Shown here one piece after another: positions 36,186 to 46,076 of a stretch of 64,000 nt of DNA. The notes beneath the pieces were generated by a model. That model was given only the letters and a program-made list of their open reading frames with translations. It was not told the DNA's origin and did no database searches. The translations under genes and the position numbers were made by a program. Within the stretch, counting starts at the first letter, position 1; every line of letters begins with the position of its first letter. This stretch comes from a virus, in the IMG/VR virus record IMGVR_UViG_3300046694_000196, positions 32,001 to 96,000 of that record; one strand, 5' to 3'.

Positions 36186-36620
36186 ATGGGTGAATGGACA
36201 TACCGGGGCAGCACTTTCACGGCCGACGACGTCGGCGCGCACAAGGCGTTCGTGTACGTCATAACCAACCTCACGGACGGCCGCCGCTACGTCGGCAAGA
36301 AGCTCCTGTGGACCCGCAAAGTCAAGACAGTCAACAAGAAGAAGAAAAAAATCCTCGTCCAGTCTGACTGGCCTTCTTACCACGGGTCTTCTGAAGAGCT
36401 GAAGAGGGACGTGGAGCTCCTCGGGGAAGACAGCTTCTCTCGCGAGATACTCCACCTCTGTGCAGCGCCGGGCGAGGCGTCCTACCTAGAGATGAAGGAG
36501 CAGATACTCCGCGACGTGCTCCTCCGCAAGGACTACTACAACCTGTTCGTCGGCGGGAAGATACACGCGAACCACGTCAAGAACTTGTGGGTGACAGATG
36601 ACAGACCGCCTGCACGTTGA
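36186..36620 (+). CDS. GIY-YIG family nuclease
   Basis: AFVYVITN...RYVGKK, REILHLC, E..Q, YYN; GATAAATA 4 nt upstream. Confidence 0.8.
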   Translation: MGEWTYRGSTFTADDVGAHKAFVYVITNLTDGRRYVGKKLLWTRKVKTVNKKKKKILVQSDWPSYHGSSEELKRDVELLGEDSFSREILHLCAAPGEASYLEMKEQILRDVLLRKDYYNLFVGGKIHANHVKNLWVTDDRPPAR

Positions 36621-36828
36621 GATAACTAACGACGACGTCCCGTACGTGGTGGGCGAGTGCTCCGCGTGTCACCGCGGAGAGAACACCCTCATAGTCTACC
36701 ACCAGATGCTCCACCCGAACGTCCGCGAGCGCAAGTCACGGAACAACATCGTCTTCATGCAGTGCGTCGCGTGCGGTTCCAAGTTCAAGTCGACCACAAA
36801 GGACTTGATCGGAGACGGAAAACTCTAG
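36598..36828 (+). CDS. small zinc-ribbon protein
   Basis: CSAC...CVAC. Confidence 0.6.
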   Translation: MTDRLHVEITNDDVPYVVGECSACHRGENTLIVYHQMLHPNVRERKSRNNIVFMQCVACGSKFKSTTKDLIGDGKL

Positions 36829-36857
36829 TTTACATTCTCGTGAGAATGAGTTATACT
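36828..36857 (+). promoter_or_regulatory. early promoter
   Basis: GTTTACA-N17-TATACT. Confidence 0.8.
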
Positions 36858-36887
36858 GTACTTCAATCCCTACAACATGGAGGCGAC

Positions 36888-37151
36888 ATGGCCAAGAAGA
36901 AGAGCAGACCCTCGTACACGTCCAGGGGCACCGGCAAGAGCGTGTCGAACGCGCGTGCAGCCGGCGGCCGCTCCCTCACCTCTCCCATCGACCGGATGCT
37001 CGACAAGCGCGAGGCCTGGGCCAAGGGTCAGAACCCCAACCTGGTCATGGCCAACCCGAACCCCAACGAGACCAACCGGCCCTTCATCAAGCTGAAGGCC
37101 AACGCCGTCTGGGGCGACCCGCGGAAAGTGCGAGGCTACGAGAACCGATGA
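36888..37151 (+). CDS. conserved basic T4-like hypothetical protein
   Basis: GGAGG RBS; AWAKGQNPNLVMANPNPNETNRPFIK. Confidence 0.75.
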   Translation: MAKKKSRPSYTSRGTGKSVSNARAAGGRSLTSPIDRMLDKREAWAKGQNPNLVMANPNPNETNRPFIKLKANAVWGDPRKVRGYENR

Positions 37152-37396
37152 TCCAAGTATACGGCCGCCGCGACCCGCCCTGTGCTTTCTGTGACAGGGC
37201 GAAGGCCCTGCTGGAGAGCAGAGGTTTGGACTACGCTTTCTTATCTATGCCCGAAGACCTCAGCCTCATAGAGTTCCAGGCGAGGTTTCCGGGTCGGAAG
37301 ACCATCCCACAGATAGTAGTGAACGGCCGGCTCCTGGAAGACGGCTACGCGTCACTCGTCGAAGAACTAGACGGAGGCTTCGGCCATGATTTCTAA
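37148..37396 (+). CDS. nrdC: glutaredoxin
   Basis: CAFC, TIPQIVVNG. Confidence 0.9.
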   Translation: MIQVYGRRDPPCAFCDRAKALLESRGLDYAFLSMPEDLSLIEFQARFPGRKTIPQIVVNGRLLEDGYASLVEELDGGFGHDF

Positions 37397-37736
37397 CGAG
37401 AAGACGCTCGACATGATGTCTAAGGGCATCGTCTACATCGAGTACGAGAAGATGGACGGCACGCTGCGGAAGGCCCACGCGACCCTGCAGCCGGCGATGA
37501 TCCCTGCCCGACACGCCCCGTCAGACGAGGCCGTCGACTCCGTGAACGTCAAGAAGTACACCCGCTACTACGACCTGGACGTCGGTGACTGGCGCGCGTT
37601 CATCAACGACAACCTCAAGAGCGTCGAGTGGTCAGGAAAGACCTTCGTGGTCGCCCGTCCCGAGTTGCTCGACCGAGAAGCGACTGAGTGGGAAGTACCC
37701 GACGACATCGTCCTGGTGGAAGGCCCGGCCTTCTGA
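37386..37736 (+). CDS. WYL_2/a-gt.4-like Sm-fold protein
   Basis: YEKMDGTLRKAHATL...YYDLDVGDWRAF. Confidence 0.75.
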   Translation: MISNEKTLDMMSKGIVYIEYEKMDGTLRKAHATLQPAMIPARHAPSDEAVDSVNVKKYTRYYDLDVGDWRAFINDNLKSVEWSGKTFVVARPELLDREATEWEVPDDIVLVEGPAF

Positions 37737-37966
37737 TGTGGACTAAGAAGAGCAAGGGCAACGCCAAGGTCTACACTCACCCCGGAATAGACCACGCAAT
37801 CGTAGTCAACCACAACGGCATCTCCTGGAACGGCAACGTGTTTCCTACGTTAGACGCAGCCAAGGCGTGGGCGACGAACTACACTGAGATCGTCGACTCC
37901 CTGGTTGACGTCATCCGCAGAGAAGAAGACCTGAGGGTCTTGGAGGCGTTGAAGAATTGCTCGTAG
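37736..37966 (+). CDS. hypothetical protein
   Basis: 76 aa, overlapping junction. Confidence 0.65.
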   Translation: MWTKKSKGNAKVYTHPGIDHAIVVNHNGISWNGNVFPTLDAAKAWATNYTEIVDSLVDVIRREEDLRVLEALKNCS

Positions 37967-38175
37967 TCTACGGTGACAGCCGCGGCTGCTTCACATGTGC
38001 AGTCCTCAAGACCCTCCTGAAGTCCTCTAAGATAGACTACCGCTTCTACGAGCTCGACGAAGACTACACTCTGGGAGAGCTCTCCGAACTCTACCCCTCT
38101 TTCTCGGCCGTGCCGTTCATACTTAGAGACGGAGTCGAGGTCCCCCTCCGTGAACTGGAAGAAATGCTGCTATGA
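37957..38175 (+). CDS. glutaredoxin-like protein
   Basis: GCFTC, AVPFILRDG. Confidence 0.75.
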   Translation: MLVVYGDSRGCFTCAVLKTLLKSSKIDYRFYELDEDYTLGELSELYPSFSAVPFILRDGVEVPLRELEEMLL

Positions 38176-38420
38176 TCAAAGTCAAGTCAACGTATGCTCC
38201 CGAGAACCTGCAGTACCTGCTCTCTAGGTGCAACATATATCCTCCGATCAAAGTAGCCGCCGCAGCGACGGGCGAAGGCGGCGTCACGACGTATGCGCTG
38301 GCCTCGGACTGGCTACCGTTCGACCTAGACAGCTATTACGAGCTGATCTTCACGACGTGGACCGTGTACGAAAACAGCCCGTCCTACACGACGTGGACCA
38401 TCCGGAAGGTGACAGAATGA
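38172..38420 (+). CDS. hypothetical protein
   Basis: 82 aa. Confidence 0.6.
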   Translation: MIKVKSTYAPENLQYLLSRCNIYPPIKVAAAATGEGGVTTYALASDWLPFDLDSYYELIFTTWTVYENSPSYTTWTIRKVTE

Positions 38421-39370
38421 CGCAGATCCTTCGAGGCGAGTTGAAGTACAACGAGCTTACGTCGAACGCCCGTGGCGGCACAGAGCTCATGGCGCGCCGC
38501 ATGGTGGACACGATCCCCCAGGAGCTGCTGAAGGGGTTCCAGATCGTCCACTCGCGCGTCCGAGACCTCGACCCCTCCCTCAAGAAGGTGCTCGTGCTCC
38601 ACGACCTGCCGAACGACCCCGAGTCCGACAGGCTAGCAGACCCGGCCTTCCGTGCGCAGTTCGACAAGATCGTGTGCGTCTCTGACTGGCAGCTCCAGAT
38701 GTACAACGCCTACAAGGGTCTCCCGTACTCGGAAGCGGTCGTCATCAACAACGCGATAGTCCCCATTGACGACTGTCACGACAAGTCGACCGATGAGATC
38801 AACCTCATATACCACACGACGCCCCACCGGGGACTGGCACTGCTGGTCCCCGTGTTCGAGGCCCTCGCGAGGGTGCACGACGACGTCCGCCTGCACGTGT
38901 ACTCGTCCTTCGAGGTCTACGGCTGGGGAGAACGCGACAAGCCCTACGAGCCGCTGTTCCACGCCTGCAAGAACCACCCCAAGATCGAGTACTACGGCGC
39001 GAGGCCCAACGACGAGGTCCGCGCCGCGCTGGCCAAGACAGACGTCTTCGCCTACCCCTGCATCTGGCCCGAGACGTCTTGCCTGGCCGCCATCGAGGCC
39101 TTCAGTGCCCGCAACGTGGTGGTGACCCCCAACTACGCGGGCCTGACTGACACCTGCGCCCGCTGGGCCGACTCCTACGCATGGACTGAAGACGCGCAGG
39201 TGCACGCCAACGTCTTCTACAACAAGCTGAACCACGTCGTCAACCGCGTCCGCGCCGACAGGTCTGCGGCTGACCAGTACCTGGACTCTGCCAAGGCCTA
39301 CTTCGACACGTTCTACAACATCGACAACGTCAAGCACCAGTGGATCGACCTCCTGTCCTCGATAAAGTGA
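38417..39370 (+). CDS. GT4-like glycosyltransferase
   Basis: GGTELM, VCVSDWQ, YHTTPHRGL, YPCIWPETSCLAAIEA. Confidence 0.85.
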   Translation: MTQILRGELKYNELTSNARGGTELMARRMVDTIPQELLKGFQIVHSRVRDLDPSLKKVLVLHDLPNDPESDRLADPAFRAQFDKIVCVSDWQLQMYNAYKGLPYSEAVVINNAIVPIDDCHDKSTDEINLIYHTTPHRGLALLVPVFEALARVHDDVRLHVYSSFEVYGWGERDKPYEPLFHACKNHPKIEYYGARPNDEVRAALAKTDVFAYPCIWPETSCLAAIEAFSARNVVVTPNYAGLTDTCARWADSYAWTEDAQVHANVFYNKLNHVVNRVRADRSAADQYLDSAKAYFDTFYNIDNVKHQWIDLLSSIK

Positions 39371-39378
39371 AAGAATGG

Positions 39379-39407
39379 GTTTACATTCTTTACGAATAGG
39401 ATATTAT
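39379..39407 (+). promoter_or_regulatory. early promoter
   Basis: GTTTAC-N17-TATTAT. Confidence 0.8.
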
Positions 39408-39433
39408 GGTACCAGGAGCAAAGGAGAATTCCC

Positions 39434-40555
39434 ATGGCACTGCCCAAGGCTAAGAAACAGAAGAAAGCCAGGATGTCCGCCGGAGCGGCGAAGACTTTCT
39501 TCCTCAACAACTTCGGCGGCGAGCCCACTTTCTCGCCTCTCGCCGAGCTCACGAACATGGAGCTCATCAAGGTCTACACCTGGTACTCCAACGTGATGTC
39601 CCGCAAGGACGGAATGCAGTTCCTGTACGACTACCTCGCCAAGCGCGACAAGCCCCTGCTCAAGAAGCTGAGGGCGATCGGCGAGACGAAGGTCTCGATC
39701 AGCTACTGCTGGCTGGCGCGCCTCATCGACAGGGGAGCCCCCCTCTCGGCCGAGACAGTAGCCAAGCTGCCCGCCCACCTCGAAGAGGTCATCGGGCGGT
39801 GGTACGGTAAGGAAGAAGAGACGGAAAAAAAAACTACTTCGGACGAGCCTCCTAGGGTAGACCGGTCGGTCGAGAAGGAGAGGTTCTTCATCGGGGACGT
39901 CGAAGAGATACTCGACCTCGACGGCTCCAAGTCCGTGTACGACTACCTCACGGCCAACGAGGTCCCCAAGGGCTACGCGCCCAAGATCGCGGCCTACTAC
40001 GCGCCGGTCCTGGCCGAGCTGCGAGAGGCCCTCGAGGGCAAGGACCGGGACCTCAAAGAGGGCTACCGGCACCTGTCGAAGGGCAAGCTGCGTGACCTGG
40101 TCAACCGCTACCAGCGAGTAGTAGACGACTGCGAGCGCTACGCCGAGAACAAGACCGTCAAGCGAGTGGTCAAGAAGAAGGCCGTCCCGATCGAGAAGCT
40201 CGTGGGCAACGTGAAGTACATGGCGCGGTTCGACGAGTACCAGCTAGTCTCGAAGCACCCGTCGGTCATCATCGGCGCCAAGGAGTTCTGGGTCTACGAC
40301 GCGCGGTACCGAGACATCATCCGGTACGTGGCCGGGGAAGACGGGTTCACCGTCCGAGGCACCTCTGTCTACGGCTACGACGAGACGCTCTCGGTCAAGA
40401 AATCGACCGGACGTAAGTCCCGGGAAGTGGTCGACGCGCTGATCCGCGAGGGCAAGGTCGGCCTCAAGAAGTTCATGGACAACGTCAAGGCGCCGCCGAG
40501 GGAGCCGAACGGGCGGATCAACGCCAACATGCTGATCGTGAAGGCGATCACCTGA
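39434..40555 (+). CDS. conserved T4-like hypothetical protein
   Basis: 373 aa, AGGAG RBS, upstream of the rnh block. Confidence 0.85.
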   Translation: MALPKAKKQKKARMSAGAAKTFFLNNFGGEPTFSPLAELTNMELIKVYTWYSNVMSRKDGMQFLYDYLAKRDKPLLKKLRAIGETKVSISYCWLARLIDRGAPLSAETVAKLPAHLEEVIGRWYGKEEETEKKTTSDEPPRVDRSVEKERFFIGDVEEILDLDGSKSVYDYLTANEVPKGYAPKIAAYYAPVLAELREALEGKDRDLKEGYRHLSKGKLRDLVNRYQRVVDDCERYAENKTVKRVVKKKAVPIEKLVGNVKYMARFDEYQLVSKHPSVIIGAKEFWVYDARYRDIIRYVAGEDGFTVRGTSVYGYDETLSVKKSTGRKSREVVDALIREGKVGLKKFMDNVKAPPREPNGRINANMLIVKAIT

Positions 40556-40562
40556 GGCGGAG

Positions 40563-40599
40563 TATAAATACTGGGTCGGTAACAACGCCGACCCAAGGA
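40563..40599 (+). promoter_or_regulatory. late promoter plus hairpin abutting RBS
   Basis: TATAAATA 40563-70; TGGGTCGG/CCGACCCA stem; AAGGA follows. Confidence 0.7.
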
Positions 40600-40605
40600 T
40601 GCCCA

Positions 40606-40968
40606 ATGTCGAACGTAATCAAGTTCCCCGGTGTCTCCGACCTCCCCCTTGACCAGAACGAGTTCATCGAGAGAGTGCACTCGATACGCACCGAGTACGC
40701 CGAAGAGGCTGCCGAGGAAGCGTTCGAAGCAGTGCTCATGATCGCGAGGAACTACGGCTTCCTGACGCGTCAGGACAAGTTCAACGTCAAGGACATGGTC
40801 GCGATGTCCGACACCATCTTCTCTTCCCTCCTGCGGTACGCCGACGTCCACCACCCGATGCAGGACGTCATAGACCAGGTCATCGAGATAACCGACGACC
40901 GAGACCTGCCCGAGGCGTCTCCCCTCGAAGACTTCTCAGTCGAGATACCCGACCCGGTAAAGGTCTGA
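40606..40968 (+). CDS. acidic hypothetical protein (late)
   Basis: 120 aa; MSNVIKFP. Confidence 0.75.
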   Translation: MSNVIKFPGVSDLPLDQNEFIERVHSIRTEYAEEAAEEAFEAVLMIARNYGFLTRQDKFNVKDMVAMSDTIFSSLLRYADVHHPMQDVIDQVIEITDDRDLPEASPLEDFSVEIPDPVKV

Positions 40969-40984
40969 AAATTAAGGCTACAAC

Positions 40985-41857
40985 ATGATCCTCTTTGACT
41001 ACTCCCAGGTGTGCATCGCGAACGTGATGGTGCACTATCGAGACCTGCGGGACGACGACGGCGCGCTGTCCCTAGACAAGTTCCGTCGGCTCGTGCTGGC
41101 TACCGTGCGCAAGAACGTCCTGAAGTTCCGCGCCGAGTACGGGCGAGACGTGGTCATAGCGGTGGACTCCGGCCCGTCCTGGCGCAAGGACTACTTCCAG
41201 TACTACAAGGCCAACCGAAAGACGGGCCGCGACGAGTCGACCCTTGACTGGAACTTCATCTTCGACTCCATGCGGGCCGTGAAGGAGGAGCTGAGGGACA
41301 ACTTCCCGTACCGCGTCATCGAGGTGCCCCGCGCAGAGGCCGACGACGTCATAGGCACCATAGCGCACCGCTTCGGCGCCCAGCTCGGCGACGGCGAGCA
41401 CAGGATGCTCATACTCTCGGGCGACAAGGACTTTATCCAGCTGCAGACCTACAGCAACGTGAGGCAGTACGCCCCCGTGGGCATGAAGGTCGGATACGTC
41501 AACGGGGGAGACCCCGACGAGTTCCTGCTCGAGCACGTGATCCGCGGCGACGGCGGCGACGGCGTGCCCAACGCCCTGTCGGCAGACGAGACGTTCATCA
41601 AGCCGGGAGGTCGCAACATGACCCTCAGCGCGAAGCGGATGTCCGCCCTCAAGGACTCCGTCCGCGCCGGCACCTGCACAGAGACGGGTTACTTCCGCAA
41701 CCTGGTGCTCATCGACCTCGCGAGGACCCCCGAGTCCATCAAAGAGGCCATCAACGCGTCGTTCGACTCCCAGGGAGGGAAGACGCGACTCAAGCTCATG
41801 AACTACTTCATCAAGCACAGGCTCGCAGACCTCGTGCAGAACCTATCGGACTACTGA
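40985..41857 (+). CDS. rnh: RNase H / 5'-3' exonuclease
   Basis: WRKDYFQYYKANRK, EADDVIG, SGDKDFIQLQ, GDGGDGVPN, RNLVLIDL. Confidence 0.95.
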   Translation: MILFDYSQVCIANVMVHYRDLRDDDGALSLDKFRRLVLATVRKNVLKFRAEYGRDVVIAVDSGPSWRKDYFQYYKANRKTGRDESTLDWNFIFDSMRAVKEELRDNFPYRVIEVPRAEADDVIGTIAHRFGAQLGDGEHRMLILSGDKDFIQLQTYSNVRQYAPVGMKVGYVNGGDPDEFLLEHVIRGDGGDGVPNALSADETFIKPGGRNMTLSAKRMSALKDSVRAGTCTETGYFRNLVLIDLARTPESIKEAINASFDSQGGKTRLKLMNYFIKHRLADLVQNLSDY

Positions 41858-41860
41858 ACC

Positions 41861-42277
41861 ATGGCCATGCTCCACGTATACAAGCACCTCAAGACCGCCG
41901 ACGAGATCAAGGGCCGCAAGGAGAGGATCGAGTTCCTCCGTGCGAACCGGAACTACACGGTCGACAAGCTCCTCGCCCTCACCTACCGCGACGACGTCGA
42001 GTTCGACCTGCCCGACACCCCGCCGCCGTACAAGCCCTCGATATTCGAGGAGTACGGCAACCTACACCAGGAGATCAGGAAGATCGAGCGCACTTTCGTC
42101 AAGGGCTCCGTCCCGGGCTGGCCGCGCCACAAGCGAGAGGCCGTCTTCATCCAGGTGCTGGAGTACGTCGACAAGGACGACTCGACCCTGCTGATCGGCA
42201 TGCTCGCCAAGAAGCTCCCGTTCAAGGGCATCGACAAGAAGCTCGTCCAGGAAGCGCTGCCGGAGCTGTTCGCCTGA
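41861..42277 (+). CDS. conserved T4-like hypothetical protein
   Basis: LPDTPPPYKP...KREAVFIQVLE..D. Confidence 0.8.
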   Translation: MAMLHVYKHLKTADEIKGRKERIEFLRANRNYTVDKLLALTYRDDVEFDLPDTPPPYKPSIFEEYGNLHQEIRKIERTFVKGSVPGWPRHKREAVFIQVLEYVDKDDSTLLIGMLAKKLPFKGIDKKLVQEALPELFA

Positions 42278-42513
42278 TGCCGAGCTACGACTTCTACGAC
42301 GCAGACGCGGGCGAGTACGTCACGCTCACGATGAAGATCGCCGAGCTGGACGAGTTCAAGGCCGCACACCCCAACATGCGCCAGCAGCTCTCGAGGGTGA
42401 ACGTCTGTGACCCCACTCGAGTGGGCGTCACTACCAAACCGGACTCAGGATTTCGCGACCTCTTGAAGGACATCAAGGGCAAGCACTACGGCTCGGAGAT
42501 CGACACGCACTGA
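42277..42513 (+). CDS. FmdB-like small regulatory protein
   Basis: MPSYDFY...KPDSGFRDLLKDIK; typical position before phoH. Confidence 0.7.
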   Translation: MPSYDFYDADAGEYVTLTMKIAELDEFKAAHPNMRQQLSRVNVCDPTRVGVTTKPDSGFRDLLKDIKGKHYGSEIDTH

Positions 42514-42562
42514 CTCCGCCGTCTTCGTCATGTGGTTAACCCTCCAACGATGAGGAACTCAC

Positions 42563-43348
42563 TTGCAGTCTAGGACTTCCCGGAAAGAAAAGCGCAAACA
42601 AGAACAGGGAACCACCGTCGAGAGCGGGCTCAGGCTCGACCCGATAAAGCCTAAGACAGAAAACCAACGAGCGGCGTTCAGGGACTACGAGGCGGGAGAC
42701 ACCCTCTTCCTCCACGGCCTGCCGGGTACGGGCAAGACCTTCGTGGCACTGTACCTCGCGCTCAAGTCAGTGATCAACGAGAAGACCCACAGGCGAGTGG
42801 TCATCGTCAGGTCCGCGGTCCCTACTAGGGACATCGGGTTCCTCCCGGGCTCTGCGGCCGAGAAGATGAGGGCGTACGAGGCGCCCTACGCGGCCATCTG
42901 CGCTGAACTCTTCGGACGCGGCGACGCATACGAGGTGCTCAAGCAGAAGAAGCTGGTGGAGTTCATCCCGACCTCCTTCATCCGGGGCGTCACCATCGAC
43001 GACGCGGTGGTCATCATCGAGGAGGGGCAGAACATGTCCCGCCAGGAGATCAGGTCGGTCGTGACGCGCGTGGGAGAGAACTCCCGGGTGATCGTCGCGG
43101 CGGACGCCTCCCAGGACGACCTGACCTCGAAGAGGTACAGCGAGGAGTCGGGCATCGACTGGTTCATCAAGGTCATGAAGCGGATGCCGTGTGTCTCCTT
43201 CATCGACTTCGTAGTAGAAGACATCGTCCGTTCGGGCTTCGTGAAATCGTTTATCCTGGCAGAGTATGACATCATCATTCCTAGACATGAAGAACAAGAA
43301 GCCGGAGAGAGTCACGCTGACAGACGTCAGGGCGTTCTCGCACTCTGA
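42563..43348 (+). CDS. phoH: PhoH-family ATPase
   Basis: GLPGTGKT, RDIGFLPG, FIRGVT, IEEGQN, DIVRSGFVK. Confidence 0.95.
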   Translation: MQSRTSRKEKRKQEQGTTVESGLRLDPIKPKTENQRAAFRDYEAGDTLFLHGLPGTGKTFVALYLALKSVINEKTHRRVVIVRSAVPTRDIGFLPGSAAEKMRAYEAPYAAICAELFGRGDAYEVLKQKKLVEFIPTSFIRGVTIDDAVVIIEEGQNMSRQEIRSVVTRVGENSRVIVAADASQDDLTSKRYSEESGIDWFIKVMKRMPCVSFIDFVVEDIVRSGFVKSFILAEYDIIIPRHEEQEAGESHADRRQGVLAL

Positions 43349-43997
43349 GCTCACCTGGCGAGAAGTAGACACCCGCGACATGGAGTACGGTCGCGGGTAC
43401 GTCGTCTCAGAGGACGAGGTGTACCCCTCCATCACCACGATTCTGGGATCGACCGCGGACAAGTCAGGCCTGGACGCCTGGCGGGCCGCGGTGGGCGAGG
43501 AGGAAGCTGCGAGGGTCTCGAAGCGGGCCACCGACAAGGGCACTGCCGTGCACGAGATGTGCGAGCTGTACCTCAAGAACTCACTGGTCGACGTCACGGG
43601 ATACGGCCTCGTCGAGAGAGAATCGTTCCTGCGGCTCAAGCCGGTGATAGACGCCCACGTGACCGACGTCTACGCGCAGGAGACTCCCCTGTACTCGAAG
43701 AGACAGAGGATGGCCGGCCGCGTAGACCTGATCGCCAAGTGGGACGGCGTGCTGTCTATCATCGACTTCAAGACCTCGAACAGGCCGAAGGTCAGGGGCT
43801 GGATAACGGACTACTTCATCCAGGAGACGGCCTACGCGATGATGCTCTACGAGATGACGGGCACTGCTGTCCACCAGGTGGTGACGCTCATCACGGTGGA
43901 AGACGACGACCCCCAGGTCTTCATCGAGAAGCCGCGAGACTGGTTCAACGAGGTCATAGCCCGCCGGAGAAAATTTCGTGAGCTGCGTCAAGTTTGA
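43266..43997 (+). CDS. PD-(D/E)XK exonuclease
   Basis: YPSITTIL, GTAVH, AGRVDLI, IIDFKTS, Q..AYA. Confidence 0.9.
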   Translation: MTSSFLDMKNKKPERVTLTDVRAFSHSELTWREVDTRDMEYGRGYVVSEDEVYPSITTILGSTADKSGLDAWRAAVGEEEAARVSKRATDKGTAVHEMCELYLKNSLVDVTGYGLVERESFLRLKPVIDAHVTDVYAQETPLYSKRQRMAGRVDLIAKWDGVLSIIDFKTSNRPKVRGWITDYFIQETAYAMMLYEMTGTAVHQVVTLITVEDDDPQVFIEKPRDWFNEVIARRRKFRELRQV

Positions 43998-44027
43998 GTT
44001 TACATCGACCCCGACATAGGATATAAG
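43998..44027 (+). promoter_or_regulatory. early promoter
   Basis: GTTTACA-N17-TATAAG. Confidence 0.65.
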
Positions 44028-44033
44028 GTACTC

Positions 44034-44216
44034 ATGACAAACAAAGTAATCCTGGTCGACGACCAGAACCACACCGTCGCGAACATCGAGCTCGACTCCC
44101 TGGACGAGGTGATCACTTACAACGGTGACTTCTTCGTCAAGCAGGGTGGGCCGTCGCTCGGCGACCTCTCGTGGACGGTCTACAAGAAGACCTTCGCGCG
44201 GACGCTCGACCAATGA
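44034..44216 (+). CDS. hypothetical protein
   Basis: 60 aa after promoter. Confidence 0.65.
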   Translation: MTNKVILVDDQNHTVANIELDSLDEVITYNGDFFVKQGGPSLGDLSWTVYKKTFARTLDQ

Positions 44217-44449
44217 GGCCTACTGAAGAAATGCTAGAGAAGTTTCACGCGGCGTACGATGACTCTCTGGAGCTGCAGCCGCGCGAGACCAACCAGGCGA
44301 TCTATGACGGCCTCTGTGCCGCGCTGGACGCTATGGGAGAAGTCGCCGACCTGGTAACTCGCCTGCAGAGAAATCTCGACGGGCGGGACGAGTACATCGT
44401 CAGCAAGGGCCTCTGGACTGACTTCGTGGCCGGCCTCAATAGACCATAA
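44213..44449 (+). CDS. hypothetical protein
   Basis: 78 aa, overlapping junction. Confidence 0.65.
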   Translation: MRPTEEMLEKFHAAYDDSLELQPRETNQAIYDGLCAALDAMGEVADLVTRLQRNLDGRDEYIVSKGLWTDFVAGLNRP

Positions 44450-44491
44450 ATATTACGTGAATGCATTCTTACGCGTGAAGGAGTTTTGCGC

Positions 44492-45550
44492 ATGATAAAG
44501 TATGACGCCGCCGTCCTCATCGGCAAGTTTTCACCGTTCCACAACGGACACCTCCGAGTAGTCGAGGAGGCCCTCGCGGTCTCAGACTACGTCGTCCTGA
44601 TAGTAGGCTCTGCCAACCGCCCCAGGAACACCTACGTCCCCTTCACTTTCCGAGAACGACTCGCGATCATCCGGGCCTCGCTGCCCGAGTACGCCCTCGA
44701 GCGCGTGGTCATCACTTCCTGTAACGACTACCGTTACAACGACGCTCGCTGGATGGCGGGGGTCCAGAAGGCCGTGACTGACGCCCTGAAGGGCCTGACG
44801 TTCACCAACCGGGGCTTCAAGGACTACAACCACCGCATCGCCCTCGCGGGCATGTACAAGGACGGCACTTCCTACTACCTCAACAGCTTCCCGCAGTGGG
44901 ACAACTCCATCGCGATCCGTCCCGAGGAGTACGCCGGAGAGGTCCTCTCCGCGACGAAGATTCGTCGACAGATATTCACGGGCGAGACCGGCTACGTTAA
45001 CACGATGGCCCCCGCCGCGAAGTTCGTCATGGAGAGCATCATCGACTCGGTCTTCGAGGGCGAGTGGTCCAGGCTGCAGTCCGACTGGGCCTACGAGCAG
45101 AAGTACGAGTCACTCTGGGGCAAGGGCCCCCACGTCACGGTAGACTCCGTGGTAGTCCAGGCCGGCCACGTCCTGCTCATCGAGCGGGGCAACGAGTACG
45201 GTCGCGGACTGCTGGCGATGCCGGGCGGCTTCCTCAACAGGCGCGAGAAGGTGATTGACGGCGCGGTCCGCGAGCTCCGCGAGGAGACCCGCCTCAAGGT
45301 GCCCGAGAAGGTCCTGCGCGGCTCCCTCAAGGACGTCAGGGTCTACGACGACCCTTACCGGTCCAACCGGTCACACATCATCACCCACGCGCACCTGTTC
45401 GAGCTCTCGAACGTCGGCGAGTTGCCGGCAGTCTACGGCTCCGACGACGCCGCGAAGGCCCACTGGTACCCCATCAGCCTGGTCCAGGACATGGAACAGC
45501 TGTTCTTTGAAGACCACTATTCGATACTTGGGGATTTGTTAAGTCTTTGA
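44492..45550 (+). CDS. nadM: bifunctional NMN adenylyltransferase / Nudix ADP-ribose pyrophosphatase
   Basis: IGKFSPFHNGH, PFTFRER, SATKIR; Nudix box GGFLNRREKVIDGAVRELREET. Confidence 0.95.
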   Translation: MIKYDAAVLIGKFSPFHNGHLRVVEEALAVSDYVVLIVGSANRPRNTYVPFTFRERLAIIRASLPEYALERVVITSCNDYRYNDARWMAGVQKAVTDALKGLTFTNRGFKDYNHRIALAGMYKDGTSYYLNSFPQWDNSIAIRPEEYAGEVLSATKIRRQIFTGETGYVNTMAPAAKFVMESIIDSVFEGEWSRLQSDWAYEQKYESLWGKGPHVTVDSVVVQAGHVLLIERGNEYGRGLLAMPGGFLNRREKVIDGAVRELREETRLKVPEKVLRGSLKDVRVYDDPYRSNRSHIITHAHLFELSNVGELPAVYGSDDAAKAHWYPISLVQDMEQLFFEDHYSILGDLLSL

Positions 45551-46074
45551 CGTTTTTCGGCGACTGTGCGACGCCTTGCAGCACTTATGTTTGCGCGCCA
45601 TTCGTCACTAAATTTTAGGCCTCTTCTTTTCTCAGCGAGAATGGAATAATCCCGGGTTGCATTGTATAATTTTATGCGCTCAGAATTTGACTTAGCTATG
45701 TTAAGTTTACCTTGCTCGGATATAACTGGCTTCTTGTAACTGTCACGCATCTTTTGCTTGGTTTCTTCGGAATGTCTTTTCCCGGCAAATCCTCTAGTTG
45801 TATGACTATCTGGAGATATGTTGTACCACGCTGCGTCGTCAACACAATTATATTGAGAAATGAGTTCTTTCTCTTTCTCGATTAGAAGTTCTTTGGTAGA
45901 GCATTCTATGAGTATGACACGGGAAAAGTTCTCGTTACCATACTTCTTGATGGCTCTCTTGATAGCCTTTCCAGAACCGAGATAGGTTTCCCAATCTCTC
46001 TTACCGTACCGGCACCGGCCTAGGTACCTTTTCTGGTTGACTAAATTTGTAGTAATGTATATAAATCCAAACAT
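45517..46074 (-). mobile_element. free-standing GIY-YIG homing endonuclease gene (Seg-like, NUMOD3)
   Basis: GFIYITTN...RYLG, HSEETKQKM; AT-rich, opposite strand, sits between nadM and nadV. Confidence 0.88.
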
Positions 46075-46076
46075 TA

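Noticed and set aside
43266-43997. Cas4 implying a phage CRISPR system
   Set aside because: It lacks the Fe-S cysteines and has no array; it is the usual PD-(D/E)XK exonuclease next to phoH.
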